Counted from the first letter of the stretch, positions 47,307 to 58,647 are shown. The stretch: 64,000 nucleotides of DNA from an uncultured bacterium (GCA_963777505.1 CAVZQN010000006.1:423119-487118); one strand, 5' to 3'. Translations and numbers: made by a program. The notes: a model not told the origin generated them from the letters alone.

Positions 47307-49749
47307 CTATTCATATCGCAGTGAAATAATCGGATCCACTTTTGTTGCTCGAATACCGGGGAGACTTGTAGCAACGATTGCCACTATGAGCAGAAGGAAA
47401 GTCAGGCCTGCATAAATGATTGGGTCAGTTGGGCTGACATTGTAAAGCTGACTGGTTAATAGCCGGCTTAATGCTGCTGCTCCAAAAAGTCCTGCGAGAA
47501 GGCCGCAAGACATCCAGATCAGTGCCTGCCGCAAAATCATCAGAAATACATCCTGTACGTTGTGCACCTAATGCGATTCGAAGTCCGATTTCGCGAGTCC
47601 TTTGAGTAACCGCATAACTTAATACACCATACAATCCGATGCAGGCAAGCAACAAAGCAAAACCTGCAAAGATCGACATTAAGTAAGCATTGAAACGGGA
47701 ACGGGCCGTTTCGTTCGAAACGAGTTCATCCATTGTTGAAACTTCAAACACAGGAATGTCGCGATCCATTTTTTGTATTTCTTGTTTGACAGCTTTCGTC
47801 ATTGAAGCTGGATTTTGATTTGTTCGAATCACTACAGCAGGGTTCAATTCTCCGCCGCGCTGTCCCAATGGCAGATATAGATCCGGATCTTGGGGATCAA
47901 CTAATGGATCGTTTATAAGAGTCCGGTGTTTTGCCTCAGCGGCAACTCCAACAACTGTGATCCATGGAATCGAACCAGAACGTCCAAACTTAATCCGCTT
48001 TCCAATTGGATTTTGGCTCCCCCAAAATTTTTCTGCCATTTGTTGGCTAACAATTGCAACAAGAGGTGCCTCTGCCGTATCACGATCTGAAAATGTACGT
48101 CCATTAATGATTGGAATTCCAAGCGTCGCAAAGAAGTTCGGACTCACCGAATGCCGGTAGATCCGTCTTGAAGGTTGAGATTGAACATCTTCCATCGTAA
48201 CAATGGATGCACTGCTAGATCCTCCGAATGGAATGTCAGAAGCAACAGCAACGGATTGGATTGAAGGCAATCCCCCAATCTGTTGTACAAGCTGTTTTGT
48301 GAATTCGATACTGCGTCCATCCGAATACTTTTGTTCTGGTAATGAAAGAAGCATTGTTAACAAATGATCTTTTTTGAAGCCGATTGGAATTTGCTGCATT
48401 TGTTTCAAACTCTGGATCATTAATCCGGCTCCAACCAGGAGAATTAAAGCCAATGCAGTTTCGGTGATCACAAGTAAACCACGTGTACTTTTTGATGAAC
48501 GTGTGTCGGTAGATTGAACCGCTGCATCTTTTAAGGATGCCTGCGGATCATGACGTGTTGTATGAATTGCGGCGAACAAACCTATGATTAAACCAGTTGC
48601 AAAGGATATAGCGATCGAAAAAACTAACACACTGCTGTCGATTCCAATATGAACATATTCAGGAATTGTCACAGGACTAAAGCGCTTAATTAAATCAACG
48701 CCCCATATTGCAAGCACACTGCCGGAGATTCCACCGATGATTCCCAGCAAAGCGCTTTCCGTAATAAGTTGGCGGATAATTCTTATTCGCGATGCGCCTA
48801 GCGCAGTTCGTACTGCGAATTCCTTTTGCCTTCCTGATGTTCGAACTAACATTAGATTGGCTACGTTTGCGCATGCAATCAGCAATACAAATGCCACCGC
48901 GCCAAACAGTATTCTTACCGCAGGTTTGATATCACCCAGAATTTCTTCTTTGAAGGGGATCAGCATGACACCGTAGTTCAAATTTGAGTCGGGATACTCT
49001 TCTTCCAGCCTTTTAGTCGTGGAATTCATCGCGGAATGAGCTTGCTGGATTGTTATTCCGGGCTTTAAGCGGGCAATGACATCATGCCATCTTGCGCCTC
49101 GATTATTGAGAATATCCGATTGTTCAAACAGAGGCCCGGTGGCAAATGGAATCCATACTTCCGTGTCCGGATCGAGACCATAAAATCCTTTTGGAAGAAT
49201 TCCAATAACGTTTGTATTTTGATTGTTCAATCGAATGTTTTTTCCGACTAAAGAAGAATCGTTTCCGAAACGGCGTTGCCAGAAATCGTAACTAATCAGG
49301 GCAACGCGAGAAGCAGCTGGCATTCGATCTTCTTCCGCTCGGAATGTTCTGCCAATGATTGGGTGTGCACCTAGCAATTGGAAATAAGTTGAGGACACAA
49401 GCTCAATCTCAACTTGCTCAGCTCCGGCACTATCATTCAGCGTTATGGAATAATTTGCGTATGCAGCCATTTGTTCGAAAACCGAATTTCGAGATTGCCA
49501 ATCCAGAAAGTCCGGATAAGATGTTCCACGGCGTTCGATGCTCTCTCGTTGAACAGTTGAACTCACAGCAACCAATCTTTCAGGTTGAGGAAATGGTAAA
49601 TCACGCAGCAGTACTGCGTTAAAAACACTGAAAATCGCGACATTGATTCCGATTCCAAGTGTTAATGTGATTAGGGCTAAAAGAGTAAAGCCAGGTGATT
49701 TGATCAAAAATCGACTACCGATTCGAATATCATGCAAGAGAGTTTCCAT
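47307..49749 (-). CDS. ADOP-type duplicated ABC permease (MacB/FtsX x2), split by +1 indel near 47557
   Basis: 'METLLHDIR...KSPGFT...[11 protein letters not shown]', '[12 protein letters not shown]', '[24 protein letters not shown]', C-terminal '[14 protein letters not shown]'. Confidence 0.92.
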
Positions 49750-49773
49750 GTCGTCTCACCACTCCTTCATATA

Positions 49774-49803
49774 TAAGACGTGCTCAGTAATGATTTGGCT
49801 TAC
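49774..49803 (-). promoter_or_regulatory. Putative ECF-sigma promoter GTAAGCC-N14-CACGTCTTA
   Basis: Matches the motif at 3406-3435 in sequence and spacing. Confidence 0.55.
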
Positions 49804-49854
49804 GCCGAAGAATTGTTTCAGATGTCTGGGGGATAGCCTATACTGATATTCCAA

Positions 49855-50521
49855 ATGCCGACACGCAGGTCATATTGAATTTATCAATCGGAACCGCGAC
49901 GTCATACGCGAACCGATTTTGATTATTGCTTCAAAAATTTATGACTTTGATCGTGAACGTATTCAAGATCATTTGAAGCGATGGGGCTTTCATGATTTTC
50001 GAGGTATTGATCTTATGCCGGGCGAAGGGGTAGATGAGACAGTTGATGTCACGGATTCGACATCTGATTTTTGGAGCCGGTACCAAAATCATTATCAGAC
50101 TGTCTTTTGCCTTGAGCTTTGGACTTATGTGAGACAACCATTTACTGCTGCAAATTTGATTACTGGAGTCATTCGTCCGCAAGGTTCGCTCTTTTTATCC
50201 GAATGTCCTACACGTAAAGTATCAAGAATGCCCGTGGATCTTTGGAGATTTACTCTAGGCGGTCTTCATACATTATTTCCAGCATTTGATTTTGACGATA
50301 AACGGATATCGATGTTCTACACCCGATCGAAAGAGGCAAATCCACTCATCAAGTATCAAGAAGACCTGCCTGAAATTCTTTCGGATCACCGTCACCCTGA
50401 TGAAAATGCTTTCGGATTCTTTTTGCGAAGATTGCACCGTCGGTTTTTTGCAAAAGGAATTTTTCGTTTATCACGATTCTTGCCAGAAACTACTGTTTGT
50501 ACGGTTGGCAGAAAAAGGTGA
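49855..50521 (+). CDS. SAM-dependent methyltransferase-like protein (5' end uncertain, probable indel)
   Basis: 'ILIIASK', 'GIDLMPGEGVD', 'TVFCLE', 'IRPQG.L', 'PVDLWRFT..GL..LF'. ATG 49855 is out of frame with the track ORF at 49919. Confidence 0.55.
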
Positions 50522-51881
50522 AAAAGACTCCGCAGTCTTCGTCAATTCAACAAACAAACACAGGGAAGATCCGCTGGTATCGCATGGCTGCTTTGTTGGT
50601 GTCATCCATTGTTGTATTTCGAACTGGCCATTTGATATTTAACCACTTCAGTGAGGTCAAGGGATGGGAGGCGTACTGGGTTGCAAAAGCCCTGGTTGCG
50701 GGTGAGGGATTCAGCATGCCAAATCCTGAACCATGGGGATACGATCTCGTTGTCACCGGTTTTCATCCGACTGCTTGGGCTGAGCCTGCTTATACTTACA
50801 TTCTCGCAGGCTTCATTTTACTTTTTGGGCCTCATCATCAACTGGCTGCCGTCGTTTTGAATCTGACTCTTTTGTTCACGATTTTCGTACTCACATATTT
50901 TATTGGCGAACGTTTGATTTCCGCTCCTGCCGGTCTTATGGCGGTTCTTACACTTGCTGCTAACACTCGATTTTCTGGAGCCGCTACTTTTATGAACAAT
51001 ACAATGTTGGCAGCGACTCTGATTGGACTTTCAGCGTTAATGTTTGTGAGGTTCGCTGAAAAGCAAAATAACCATCGTGCCGCTGCTCTTGGGCTGGTTT
51101 TGGGAATCACCACGTTGGGATGTCCGAGTGCACAGTTTTTTGTTTTTGTGACTGTAATCGGCATAGTCGTATCGGGCTGGAAAAACTTGCGTTCCTCTGT
51201 AGCCCGAGCATTGTTAGTGCTCGTTCCGGCCATCCTGATCATACTTCCCTGGAATATTCGGAATTATCAGTTATTCGAAACGTATGTTCCGATCCGAACT
51301 GCAGGCGGATGGAATAGCTTCGCGGGCATTGTTGCTACAGCCGCCACAGTGTCAACGGAAAAGGTGCATTCAATTGCGACTCCTCCTTGGAAAGCAACAA
51401 CTCTTCGCCAGGCGGTGAGACAGAATTCTGTGCGAAGAATTCCCCTTGACCGTTTCCAAATGGATTATGCGATTGAGAAAGGGGGAGCGAAATTTATCGC
51501 AATGAACGAAGCTCAACGCGATCGTGGTTTCTTGAAGAAACAAAAAAATTCATATTGGCCAATCCTGTTATGTCAGCAAAGATAGCAATACTCAATATCG
51601 AAAGATTTATTCGTGCCATGGGTTTGCCCGGGATTTTAATGTGTCTATTAGCTGCGCTCGGAACATTGCTTTCGATCAGAAACCCCGTCGTTTTGATACT
51701 GGCATTCTGGGCGGGCACATACATCGGACCGTTCCTATTGATTCTCTGTTACTACAATCGCTACCGCTCCCCGATCGAACCCCTGCTTATTCTTCTTGCA
51801 ACATTTGCCATTTGGCGTGTGATACAGATCGGCCGCCGGATCGTGGGGGGCCGTGTAGGAATCGAAGCTAAAACCGCATAG
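50518..51881 (+). CDS. ArnT/PMT (GT39-like) membrane glycosyltransferase (split by -1 indel near 51525)
   Basis: 'VAKALVAGEGF', 'PTAWAEPAY', 'LPWNIRNY', 'GGWN', 'RYRSPIEP'. Correcting the frame gives RDRWFLEETKKFILANP. Confidence 0.8.
51848..51875 (-). repeat. Decayed tRNA-Lys 3'-end remnant (att scar 1) inside the glycosyltransferase 3' end
   Basis: gggccgtgtaggaatcgaagctaaaacc matches the 57385-57412 copy at 26 of 28 positions. Confidence 0.7.
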
Positions 51882-51959
51882 GGGGCCACAGAAGCTCCAC
51901 GTTTTTTCATTTCTTCTTGATGTTTTCGATACGTTGTTCACCGAATGTTATGATTAAGC

Positions 51960-52952
51960 ATGCCTGATCCTGTCTTTCATCCACTCTATCAAAAGTGGAT
52001 GGACAAAGTTTTACAGCGGGATATTTACACAGAACCACGTGCGACATGCAACGACTGCGCAATGTGCACAGTTCATGAGCGTCCTGCCAAAGCTGACTAT
52101 CAATTCAATCCCAATACTAAATGCTGTTCATTCCACCCAACACTTCCGAATTATTTAGTCGGCGCAATCATCAGCGACAGTTATGAAGAGGATCCGGAGG
52201 CAAAGGCCGTTTTTATCCGAGGCGCATTGACGGCCGACATTTCACCTAAGGGCATCGCTCCGTCATATAGGACACGCTTGACCTACATATTGAAACCGTT
52301 TGGAAAATATGAGCAAACCCTATGTCCTTTTTTTATAAGCGGCAGAATAGATGCATGCTCCATTTATAAGTATCGAAATGCTCGCTGCTCCACATGGTTC
52401 TGCAAACACGAAAGAGGAAGTGTTGGCTGGCGCTTCTGGTGGGAGCTCGATGCACTGCTTACGGTTGCAGAACATGAGCTTGCGCAATATTGCATTACAA
52501 AACTTCTCACGATTCCGCAATTTCCAAAAGACTTGAGAGAAAAATTGTGGGGCAACTGGACGTTTCGTGAGCCGGAATTTTTTCAAGAGTGTTGGAAGAT
52601 CGTTGAAGCCTTGTCCTGGGAAGAAGTTTTGCCAATTGGCGGAGAGAAATTGAAAGCTGCCTTAAATAAGTTGATCGAAGCTTCTGATGAACTCAACTCT
52701 AACTCCATTCCAAAATCGCTTCGTGTAGGAAAATTCACGCACGAGGATGTAGGCGAGGGTTTCGTTCGAATCTGGTCGTACGGCGAATTCAACCCAATCG
52801 ATTTGCAGAAAGAAGTAGTCGATGTATTACCACTGTTTGATGGGCGACCTGTAGAAGAAGTATTGGAACAGATTGAAAAACAGAATCCTTTTCTGATTGA
52901 TGAGAAACTGCTTCTTCAACTTACAGATTACAAAATTCTAATCTCTACTTAA
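51960..52952 (+). CDS. Cys-rich putative Fe-S/Zn protein (YkgJ/FliB-like Cys pattern) with C-terminal wHTH-like segment
   Basis: 'CNDCAMC', 'KCC', 'CPFF', 'CSIYKYRNARCSTWFC'. Confidence 0.6.
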   Translation: MPDPVFHPLYQKWMDKVLQRDIYTEPRATCNDCAMCTVHERPAKADYQFNPNTKCCSFHPTLPNYLVGAIISDSYEEDPEAKAVFIRGALTADISPKGIAPSYRTRLTYILKPFGKYEQTLCPFFISGRIDACSIYKYRNARCSTWFCKHERGSVGWRFWWELDALLTVAEHELAQYCITKLLTIPQFPKDLREKLWGNWTFREPEFFQECWKIVEALSWEEVLPIGGEKLKAALNKLIEASDELNSNSIPKSLRVGKFTHEDVGEGFVRIWSYGEFNPIDLQKEVVDVLPLFDGRPVEEVLEQIEKQNPFLIDEKLLLQLTDYKILIST

Positions 52953-52954
52953 TA

Positions 52955-55900
52955 ATGACCGAAAAGAATAATCATCAAAACGGAACTCCCCCAATTTCCA
53001 AAGCTTCAAACAATAAATCTTCAAATCCAGCTCCATCCGAGTTGCTTACAGTCGGAAGTGGAGAGGCTGAAACTTCCGGCTCCTTCACCGAACTGAAAGT
53101 GTCAGATCGTCTGGGACACTATGAAATTGTTGGAGTACTGGGATCGGGCGGTATGGGAGTCGTTTACAAAGCATATGATCCTGCCTTGAACCGATATGCA
53201 GCGTTGAAATTAATCCGCACAGAAAATCCTAATCTCGCAGCTCGATTTGGACAGGAAGCTCGCACGCAGGCGCGTGTGCAGCATGAAAATGTTTGCAGAG
53301 TCTACGAAGTTGGTGAAGTGCAGGGGAAGCAATACATCGCAATGCAATTGATCGAAGGCAAATCACTATCTGCTGCCGCAAAAGGGTTATCTCTTGAAGC
53401 AAAAGTTCGAGTGATTAAACAAATTGCTGATGCATTACATGTTGCCCATAAGGAAGGATTGATTCATAGAGATGTGAAGCCATCCAACATCATGCTGGAA
53501 CGCAGCGAAGAAATGGAATGGAAACCCTATGTCTTAGATTTTGGATTAGCCAGAGATCAAGAGGCACCAGGATTAACCAGAACCGGGATGGCGGTTGGCA
53601 CTCCATATTATATGGCGCCCGAACAAGTCGCCAGTAACAGCGATCACCTTGACCGGCGTACAGATGTGTATGGACTGGGAGCAACTCTGTACGAACTTCT
53701 ATGTGGAATGCCTCCGTATCAAGGGTCGAGTGGTGGGGAAATCCTCTTGCAAATCCTGAAGGATGATCCGGTTCACATCGGCAAAGTCGCACCGAAAACG
53801 CCTCAAGACTTGCAAACCATCGTGATGAAATGCCTCGAACGAGATCCTTCCCAGCGTTATGATTCGGCCAAGTCCCTATCGGAAGATCTGCAACGATATG
53901 CTGATGGCGATCCAGTCACGGCAAAACCAACGAGTTTTTCGTATCGACTCATCAAACGCGCGAAAAAGAATAGATTGGCTACCGGAATTGCGCTCGCAGC
54001 TGCAGCGATCACCCTTATTCTTGTCGGCACTTTCTTGTGGGTTCAATGGCAAAACAAACTTCAGGTTGACTACGCGCGCGAGTTTGGTGATGAAGTAAAA
54101 AACATTCAGTCCGCCTTGCCAAACATTTACTCAGCACCATTGCATGATGTACGTCATGAAATTGCAGAGCTTAAAATTCGTTTGAATAGACTGGAAGAAC
54201 GTGTAAAACAAGGTGGCCGAGCTGCTCAAGATCCTGGCAACAATGCTTTAGGACAAGGTTACCTCGCGTTGGGTGAGATCGAAAACGCAAGAGAACATCT
54301 CGAAAAAGCATGGAAGGCAGGACATCAGACTCCATCCACTGCATATGCGCTTGGACAGGCAATGGGACTTCTCTTTCAAAAGAAACTTGGTGAAGCGGAA
54401 CGCATTACGAGTGAGGATGTGCGTACGAAATTAAAGCAGCAATATGAAAAAGAATTCCGTGATCCGGCCGTTTTATATTTGAAGAAAGCAGAAGGAAGTG
54501 TTGAATCGCCAGCATATGTAGAAGGACTGATTGCACTTTATGAAAAGCGATATGATGACGCGTTAAAAAAATCGAAAGAAGCATATCAACAGTCCAGGTG
54601 GTCCTATGAAGCTAAGACACTTGAAGGTAAAGCTCTTGTTGGTCTAGCACAAAAAAAGTTTGATGTTGCAGATTATAAGGGCACTGTTCAACAGTATGAA
54701 CTTGCTGGTGAGGCGTATGCAAAAGCGGCAGAACTTGGAAGAAGCAGAGCAGACATTTATTTGAGTGATTGCGACCGTTGGGGCAAGACCATGGTAGCGC
54801 AATCCTATACCGATGTTAGTCCCTCTCTATCTTTGCAAAAAGCGGAAGAAACATGCAACAAAGCCATTCTGGTTGATCCCGACAATCCAAGCACTTATAT
54901 CCGCAAAGCTTACCTATACAGCAGATTGGCACGATACACGCTGTACAGTTCAGCTGAGGATCCACGACCACTCACAACGAAAGCGATAGAAATTGCAAAA
55001 GAAGCGGTACGAAAGGATCCAAAGAGCTGGGAGGCCCATTCACTCATGCTGGGCGCAAATCAGGTGGCCAGTGAATATGAAGTGCGGCATGGAATCGATC
55101 CGACAAAATCGATTGCAGAAGCCATCAATCAGGCTAATCAAGGTTTAAAAATTAGAGAAAATAGTCCCGGGATTCTACATACTCTGGGAGTTACCTATTC
55201 GCTTCTTGGCGAATATGAGACTCAATCGGGAAAGAATCCAACAGCATCATACAAAAAAGCGATTCAACAATATCAAAGAATCGAACAACTGGATAAATCA
55301 TTCGAAACAGGGATGGAAACAGGAATCGCATATTGGTTCATTGCTATATACCAGATGGATCATGGTGAAGATCCCAAGAGCAGTTTTCACAATGCAATCG
55401 AGCAATTAGGAAAATCATTAAAAGAATCGCCCGACGATCCTTATTTTCTTTACAATTTGGGAATGGTCTACACAAGTCAAGGCCACTACGAAATGTCATC
55501 AGGAAAGGACCCGCTTTCCAGTTTTCGTCGTGGATTGGAAGTACAACAAAAAGCAGCGAAATTCATGCCGAATAATTCTTATGTCCTAAATGGGGTTGGA
55601 GGTGACTACACCAGAATTGCTACCTATATGGTCGAACAGAAGAAGGATCCAACAACTGAATTGAATGAGGCACGGAAATTCTTGGCTCAGGCATTGCAAG
55701 TCGATGAAAAATACTACCTTCCATATGCAAATCTTGGCGACACTGAAATGGCCACCGCACAATGGGCCATCCAGCAAGGACAATCCCCTGTTGCATATTT
55801 CGATGCAGCACGCAAAGCGTATCAAAAATCGATTGAATGCAACAAAGAAGAGCCAAGGACCTACGCTTTGATGGCCGATGTTTATCACTGGGAAGCTGAT

Positions 55901-56173
55901 TGGCAAATTCAGCAAAAGCGTTCAGCGAAAACATCGATTAAAAACGGAATGCAATGGATTGATAAAGGTCTAAAAGTTAGTGCAGACAATTCTTTTACGA
56001 TCGCGATTCAAGGCACGTTGTTTCTGCTGCAAGCCAGGACAGAAAGCAATTCAACAAAACGCACAGAGTATGCTGTCTCCGCTATTACCGCTTTAGAGAA
56101 AGCGATCCAAAAAAATCCCCTTCTCCGAATTCAGTACGAGCCATTCCTCAAAGAAGCCAGAGACCTGAAATAA
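52955..56173 (+). CDS. Ser/Thr protein kinase with TM helix and TPR repeats
   Basis: 'LGSGGMGVVY', 'HRDVKPSN', 'DFGLAR', 'GTPYYMAPEQ'; TM near aa 345-365; repeated 'G.DP' TPR-like units. Confidence 0.92.
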   Translation: MTEKNNHQNGTPPISKASNNKSSNPAPSELLTVGSGEAETSGSFTELKVSDRLGHYEIVGVLGSGGMGVVYKAYDPALNRYAALKLIRTENPNLAARFGQEARTQARVQHENVCRVYEVGEVQGKQYIAMQLIEGKSLSAAAKGLSLEAKVRVIKQIADALHVAHKEGLIHRDVKPSNIMLERSEEMEWKPYVLDFGLARDQEAPGLTRTGMAVGTPYYMAPEQVASNSDHLDRRTDVYGLGATLYELLCGMPPYQGSSGGEILLQILKDDPVHIGKVAPKTPQDLQTIVMKCLERDPSQRYDSAKSLSEDLQRYADGDPVTAKPTSFSYRLIKRAKKNRLATGIALAAAAITLILVGTFLWVQWQNKLQVDYAREFGDEVKNIQSALPNIYSAPLHDVRHEIAELKIRLNRLEERVKQGGRAAQDPGNNALGQGYLALGEIENAREHLEKAWKAGHQTPSTAYALGQAMGLLFQKKLGEAERITSEDVRTKLKQQYEKEFRDPAVLYLKKAEGSVESPAYVEGLIALYEKRYDDALKKSKEAYQQSRWSYEAKTLEGKALVGLAQKKFDVADYKGTVQQYELAGEAYAKAAELGRSRADIYLSDCDRWGKTMVAQSYTDVSPSLSLQKAEETCNKAILVDPDNPSTYIRKAYLYSRLARYTLYSSAEDPRPLTTKAIEIAKEAVRKDPKSWEAHSLMLGANQVASEYEVRHGIDPTKSIAEAINQANQGLKIRENSPGILHTLGVTYSLLGEYETQSGKNPTASYKKAIQQYQRIEQLDKSFETGMETGIAYWFIAIYQMDHGEDPKSSFHNAIEQLGKSLKESPDDPYFLYNLGMVYTSQGHYEMSSGKDPLSSFRRGLEVQQKAAKFMPNNSYVLNGVGGDYTRIATYMVEQKKDPTTELNEARKFLAQALQVDEKYYLPYANLGDTEMATAQWAIQQGQSPVAYFDAARKAYQKSIECNKEEPRTYALMADVYHWEADWQIQQKRSAKTSIKNGMQWIDKGLKVSADNSFTIAIQGTLFLLQARTESNSTKRTEYAVSAITALEKAIQKNPLLRIQYEPFLKEARDLK

Positions 56174-56227
56174 TTCCGACTTTTGTAGATTCCCCTAAAT
56201 TATTGTTGATCTAATATTTTTATCAGG

Positions 56228-56264
56228 GTGGGCCGTGTAGGAATCGAACCTACAACACCCTGAT
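56228..56264 (-). repeat. tRNA-Lys 3'-end remnant (att scar 2)
   Basis: gtgggccgtgtaggaatcgaacctacaacaccctgat matches 57383-57419 at 36 of 37 positions; its reverse complement contains the T-arm GGTTCGATTCC. Confidence 0.85.
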
Positions 56265-56447
56265 AGTGAATCAGGGGGTTATATGCTTGATAAAGTTACT
56301 TTTGAATCACTCCGCTTGCAATAGCTTGCAAAAACAACCCGATTTTCCTGTTCTCTTTCATAACGGGTCAACTTCATGGAATAGACGCATCTTTGTCCGT
56401 TGCAGCAGCCACAAGATTTTTTATTTTTTTTGTTTTCATAATGGTGC

Positions 56448-56630
56448 TCATATTTTCTCGATAGGCACCCAAGGGTTAGCCCAGCGTTCAGAATACCTAG
56501 ACCTACCACACTCTTGCGTGACGATCTCCACTTGCTTACGAAGCGTCTTCACCCACTTGTATTCCTGACCGAACCAGAAGCCGCCAGCAAATAACAGTAA
56601 AGCTACTAATACCTTAATTACATTTTTCAT
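56448..56630 (-). CDS. Small hypothetical membrane/secreted protein
   Basis: GGAGAG SD; MKNVIKVLVALLLFAGGFWFG hydrophobic N-terminus. Confidence 0.4.
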   Translation of the reverse strand: MKNVIKVLVALLLFAGGFWFGQEYKWVKTLRKQVEIVTQECGRSRYSERWANPWVPIEKI

Positions 56631-57380
56631 TTTACTCTCTCCGATTTATTTTTCTTTGCGAAGGTGGGAACGAACCCTTCCTTCATACGTTTTTGAATAC
56701 TCGCTTTTGCGATTTTGCAGCGAGTCTTTGCAGTTAATTGATCGTGCTGACGCAAAATCATGGAATGCGATGCACTGCAAATACCATCACCACAAAATGA
56801 CGCAGGCGGCGGCGTTACAGACTCGGAGACTGGTGCAAGGGATCAGACCTTATTTAATCGCCTCGAACTAAATATTGAAAAAAATGAAATAAATAAAAAC
56901 AGGGCAGAATTTCGCCTGCACTATTTGAGTTCTCGGCGAGACAAAAACCTCGCGGCTAAATTACTTAGTGTTCCCATACGCAGCCCACTGGGCTGGTCAT
57001 ATCGTAACAAGTGTAGTTCCTATGCCAAGCGGATCTGCAGCCTAGCAACTGCACGATACATAAAGTCCCACCTAGTGACACTGAAAATGCTTTTACTGAA
57101 AACACAGCTAAAGCATCTGTAGTCCCAAAGGAGATAATAAGGAAAGAAAACTACGCTCCCAAGACCCATTTAAGGGAGAAAAGAAAGCGAATATTTTGAG
57201 AGAAAATGTCTGCACGAAGTAGTCAGCGTTTGATACCTACCAGCAATCCGTGGATTAGCCATACTGAAGTACAATTCCACTAAAAGGAGGTTTGACGTAG
57301 CAGGCGCAAGTAAGATTTTTATTTCTTTTTGACACACAAAAGCGAAGCCCCTAAGTAATTACTACCTAGGAGGCTTATTT

Positions 57381-57426
57381 TAGTGGGCCGTGTAGGAATC
57401 GAACCTACAACCCCCTGATTAAGAGT
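57381..57426 (-). pseudogene. 3' part of tRNA-Lys(CTT) (att scar 3, boundary of the defence island)
   Basis: Reverse complement ACTCTTAATCAGGGGGTTGTAGGTTCGATTCCTACACGGCCCACTA contains the anticodon loop CTCTTAA, the T-arm and the acceptor 3' strand. No D-arm or 5' half is present. Confidence 0.85.
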
Positions 57427-57428
57427 AG

Positions 57429-57800
57429 CTACAATATTATAGAGAATTGTGGATAAAGCTGCCTTGGTACTGCCTTGAAAATGCCAAAAATCAGCATCTT
57501 TGACATCCAGATGACATCAGACTTTCTGCAAAAGACATGAACGGTTTCGCCCTCGTCCATTCTTCTGAATCTCCTTTTGATTCTGTCGCGTATTTCTCCA
57601 AAAAAAAGATCTCCTTTAAAATCAAAATGAATTTCTGGCTTTGCCCCTTTAGATTGGAGTTTTGCATCGGATGGGTTTTGTGTGGTAGATAAAAATGAAT
57701 CGACAGGGGGGGACCTAAATATCATACAAGTCGCAGCTTTCTTTCTTCTCTTTGTGCTTTTTACTGAAATCACTCTCATAAGATCAGAGTAAGTTTCCAA
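57429..57800 (-). CDS. Hypothetical protein (doubtful)
   Basis: 123-aa ORF ending at the att site; no family recognised. Confidence 0.3.
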   Translation of the reverse strand: METYSDLMRVISVKSTKRRKKAATCMIFRSPPVDSFLSTTQNPSDAKLQSKGAKPEIHFDFKGDLFFGEIRDRIKRRFRRMDEGETVHVFCRKSDVIWMSKMLIFGIFKAVPRQLYPQFSIIL

Positions 57801-57855
57801 TGGAATTTCTATTCATGAAGCGAGTTATCCATGAAGCAATATAGATACGAAGACT

Positions 57856-58647
57856 TTGTGTAACCAGCAGCGCGCTGGATCAATCAATGGTGTCTTCATC
57901 GATGATACGGGCTCTACTCCTGGCCTTCAGGGCACACCAGGATTAAATCCATACGGAAAATCATGGATAGCGGTGATCATGTCGAAGCACTATCTTCCAG
58001 AGATTTGGCATCAAATGCCTGAAGCGCTAGATGAACTGAAAACCCAAACAGGGGCAAAGGAGTTCCACTTCACTAATATTTATGCAGGAAGAGGTGAGTT
58101 TAAGAATGTCTCGCTTGATCTAAGGTTGACACTATTTGAAGTCATGGTTCGTATTTTTACCGGGTATCAGTTTCCAATTCTCGTTCAAACTCTGGATCCT
58201 GATTTACTTTCTAACATAAGATCGGGAGCGTCATTTCCAGAGCAACTTGGGGCATTCCATTTAACCAAACCTGCGGATTCCGCACTTTTCTTTTTACTGT
58301 TAAGAGTGAAATGGTATTTAGAAGAAAATTTTGCGGAAGATACTCGCCTAACTAGAATCTTCGTTGATGAGGGATTTAAGAAAAACGGAATAGTCCGAAA
58401 TTTCGTCCTTTGAAGATATGTTTGCAGACGGACTGATATGTTTTGGGCGTTCCGATTCTATTTTGCCTTTACAGCTAGCCGATTTTGCAGCGTTCTGTCT
58501 AAATCGAACTCAATTAATTTCAGGTGAAACGGATCTTCGGATCTTGACCTGGCGTTCTTGGAAATCGTTGAGCCTATGACAAAGAACTTTAAGAATATTC
58601 CAACAATTCAGAGCGATGATTGGTTTTCAAAAAAGGCAACTCAATAA
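57856..58647 (+). pseudogene. DUF3800-like (RNase H-fold) protein, frameshifted
   Basis: 'FIDDTG', 'KEFHF', 'IFVDEG'; a shifted frame continues 'SDSILPLQLADFAAF'. Confidence 0.7.

Noticed and set aside
56656-57122. ORFs 56656..56871 and 56760..57122 as genes or integrase remnants
   Set aside because: No SD, no recognisable motifs and no tyrosine/serine recombinase signatures.
57381-57460. Intact tRNA-Lys gene
   Set aside because: Sequence beyond the anticodon loop cannot form a D-arm or the 5' acceptor strand; only the 3' part is present.
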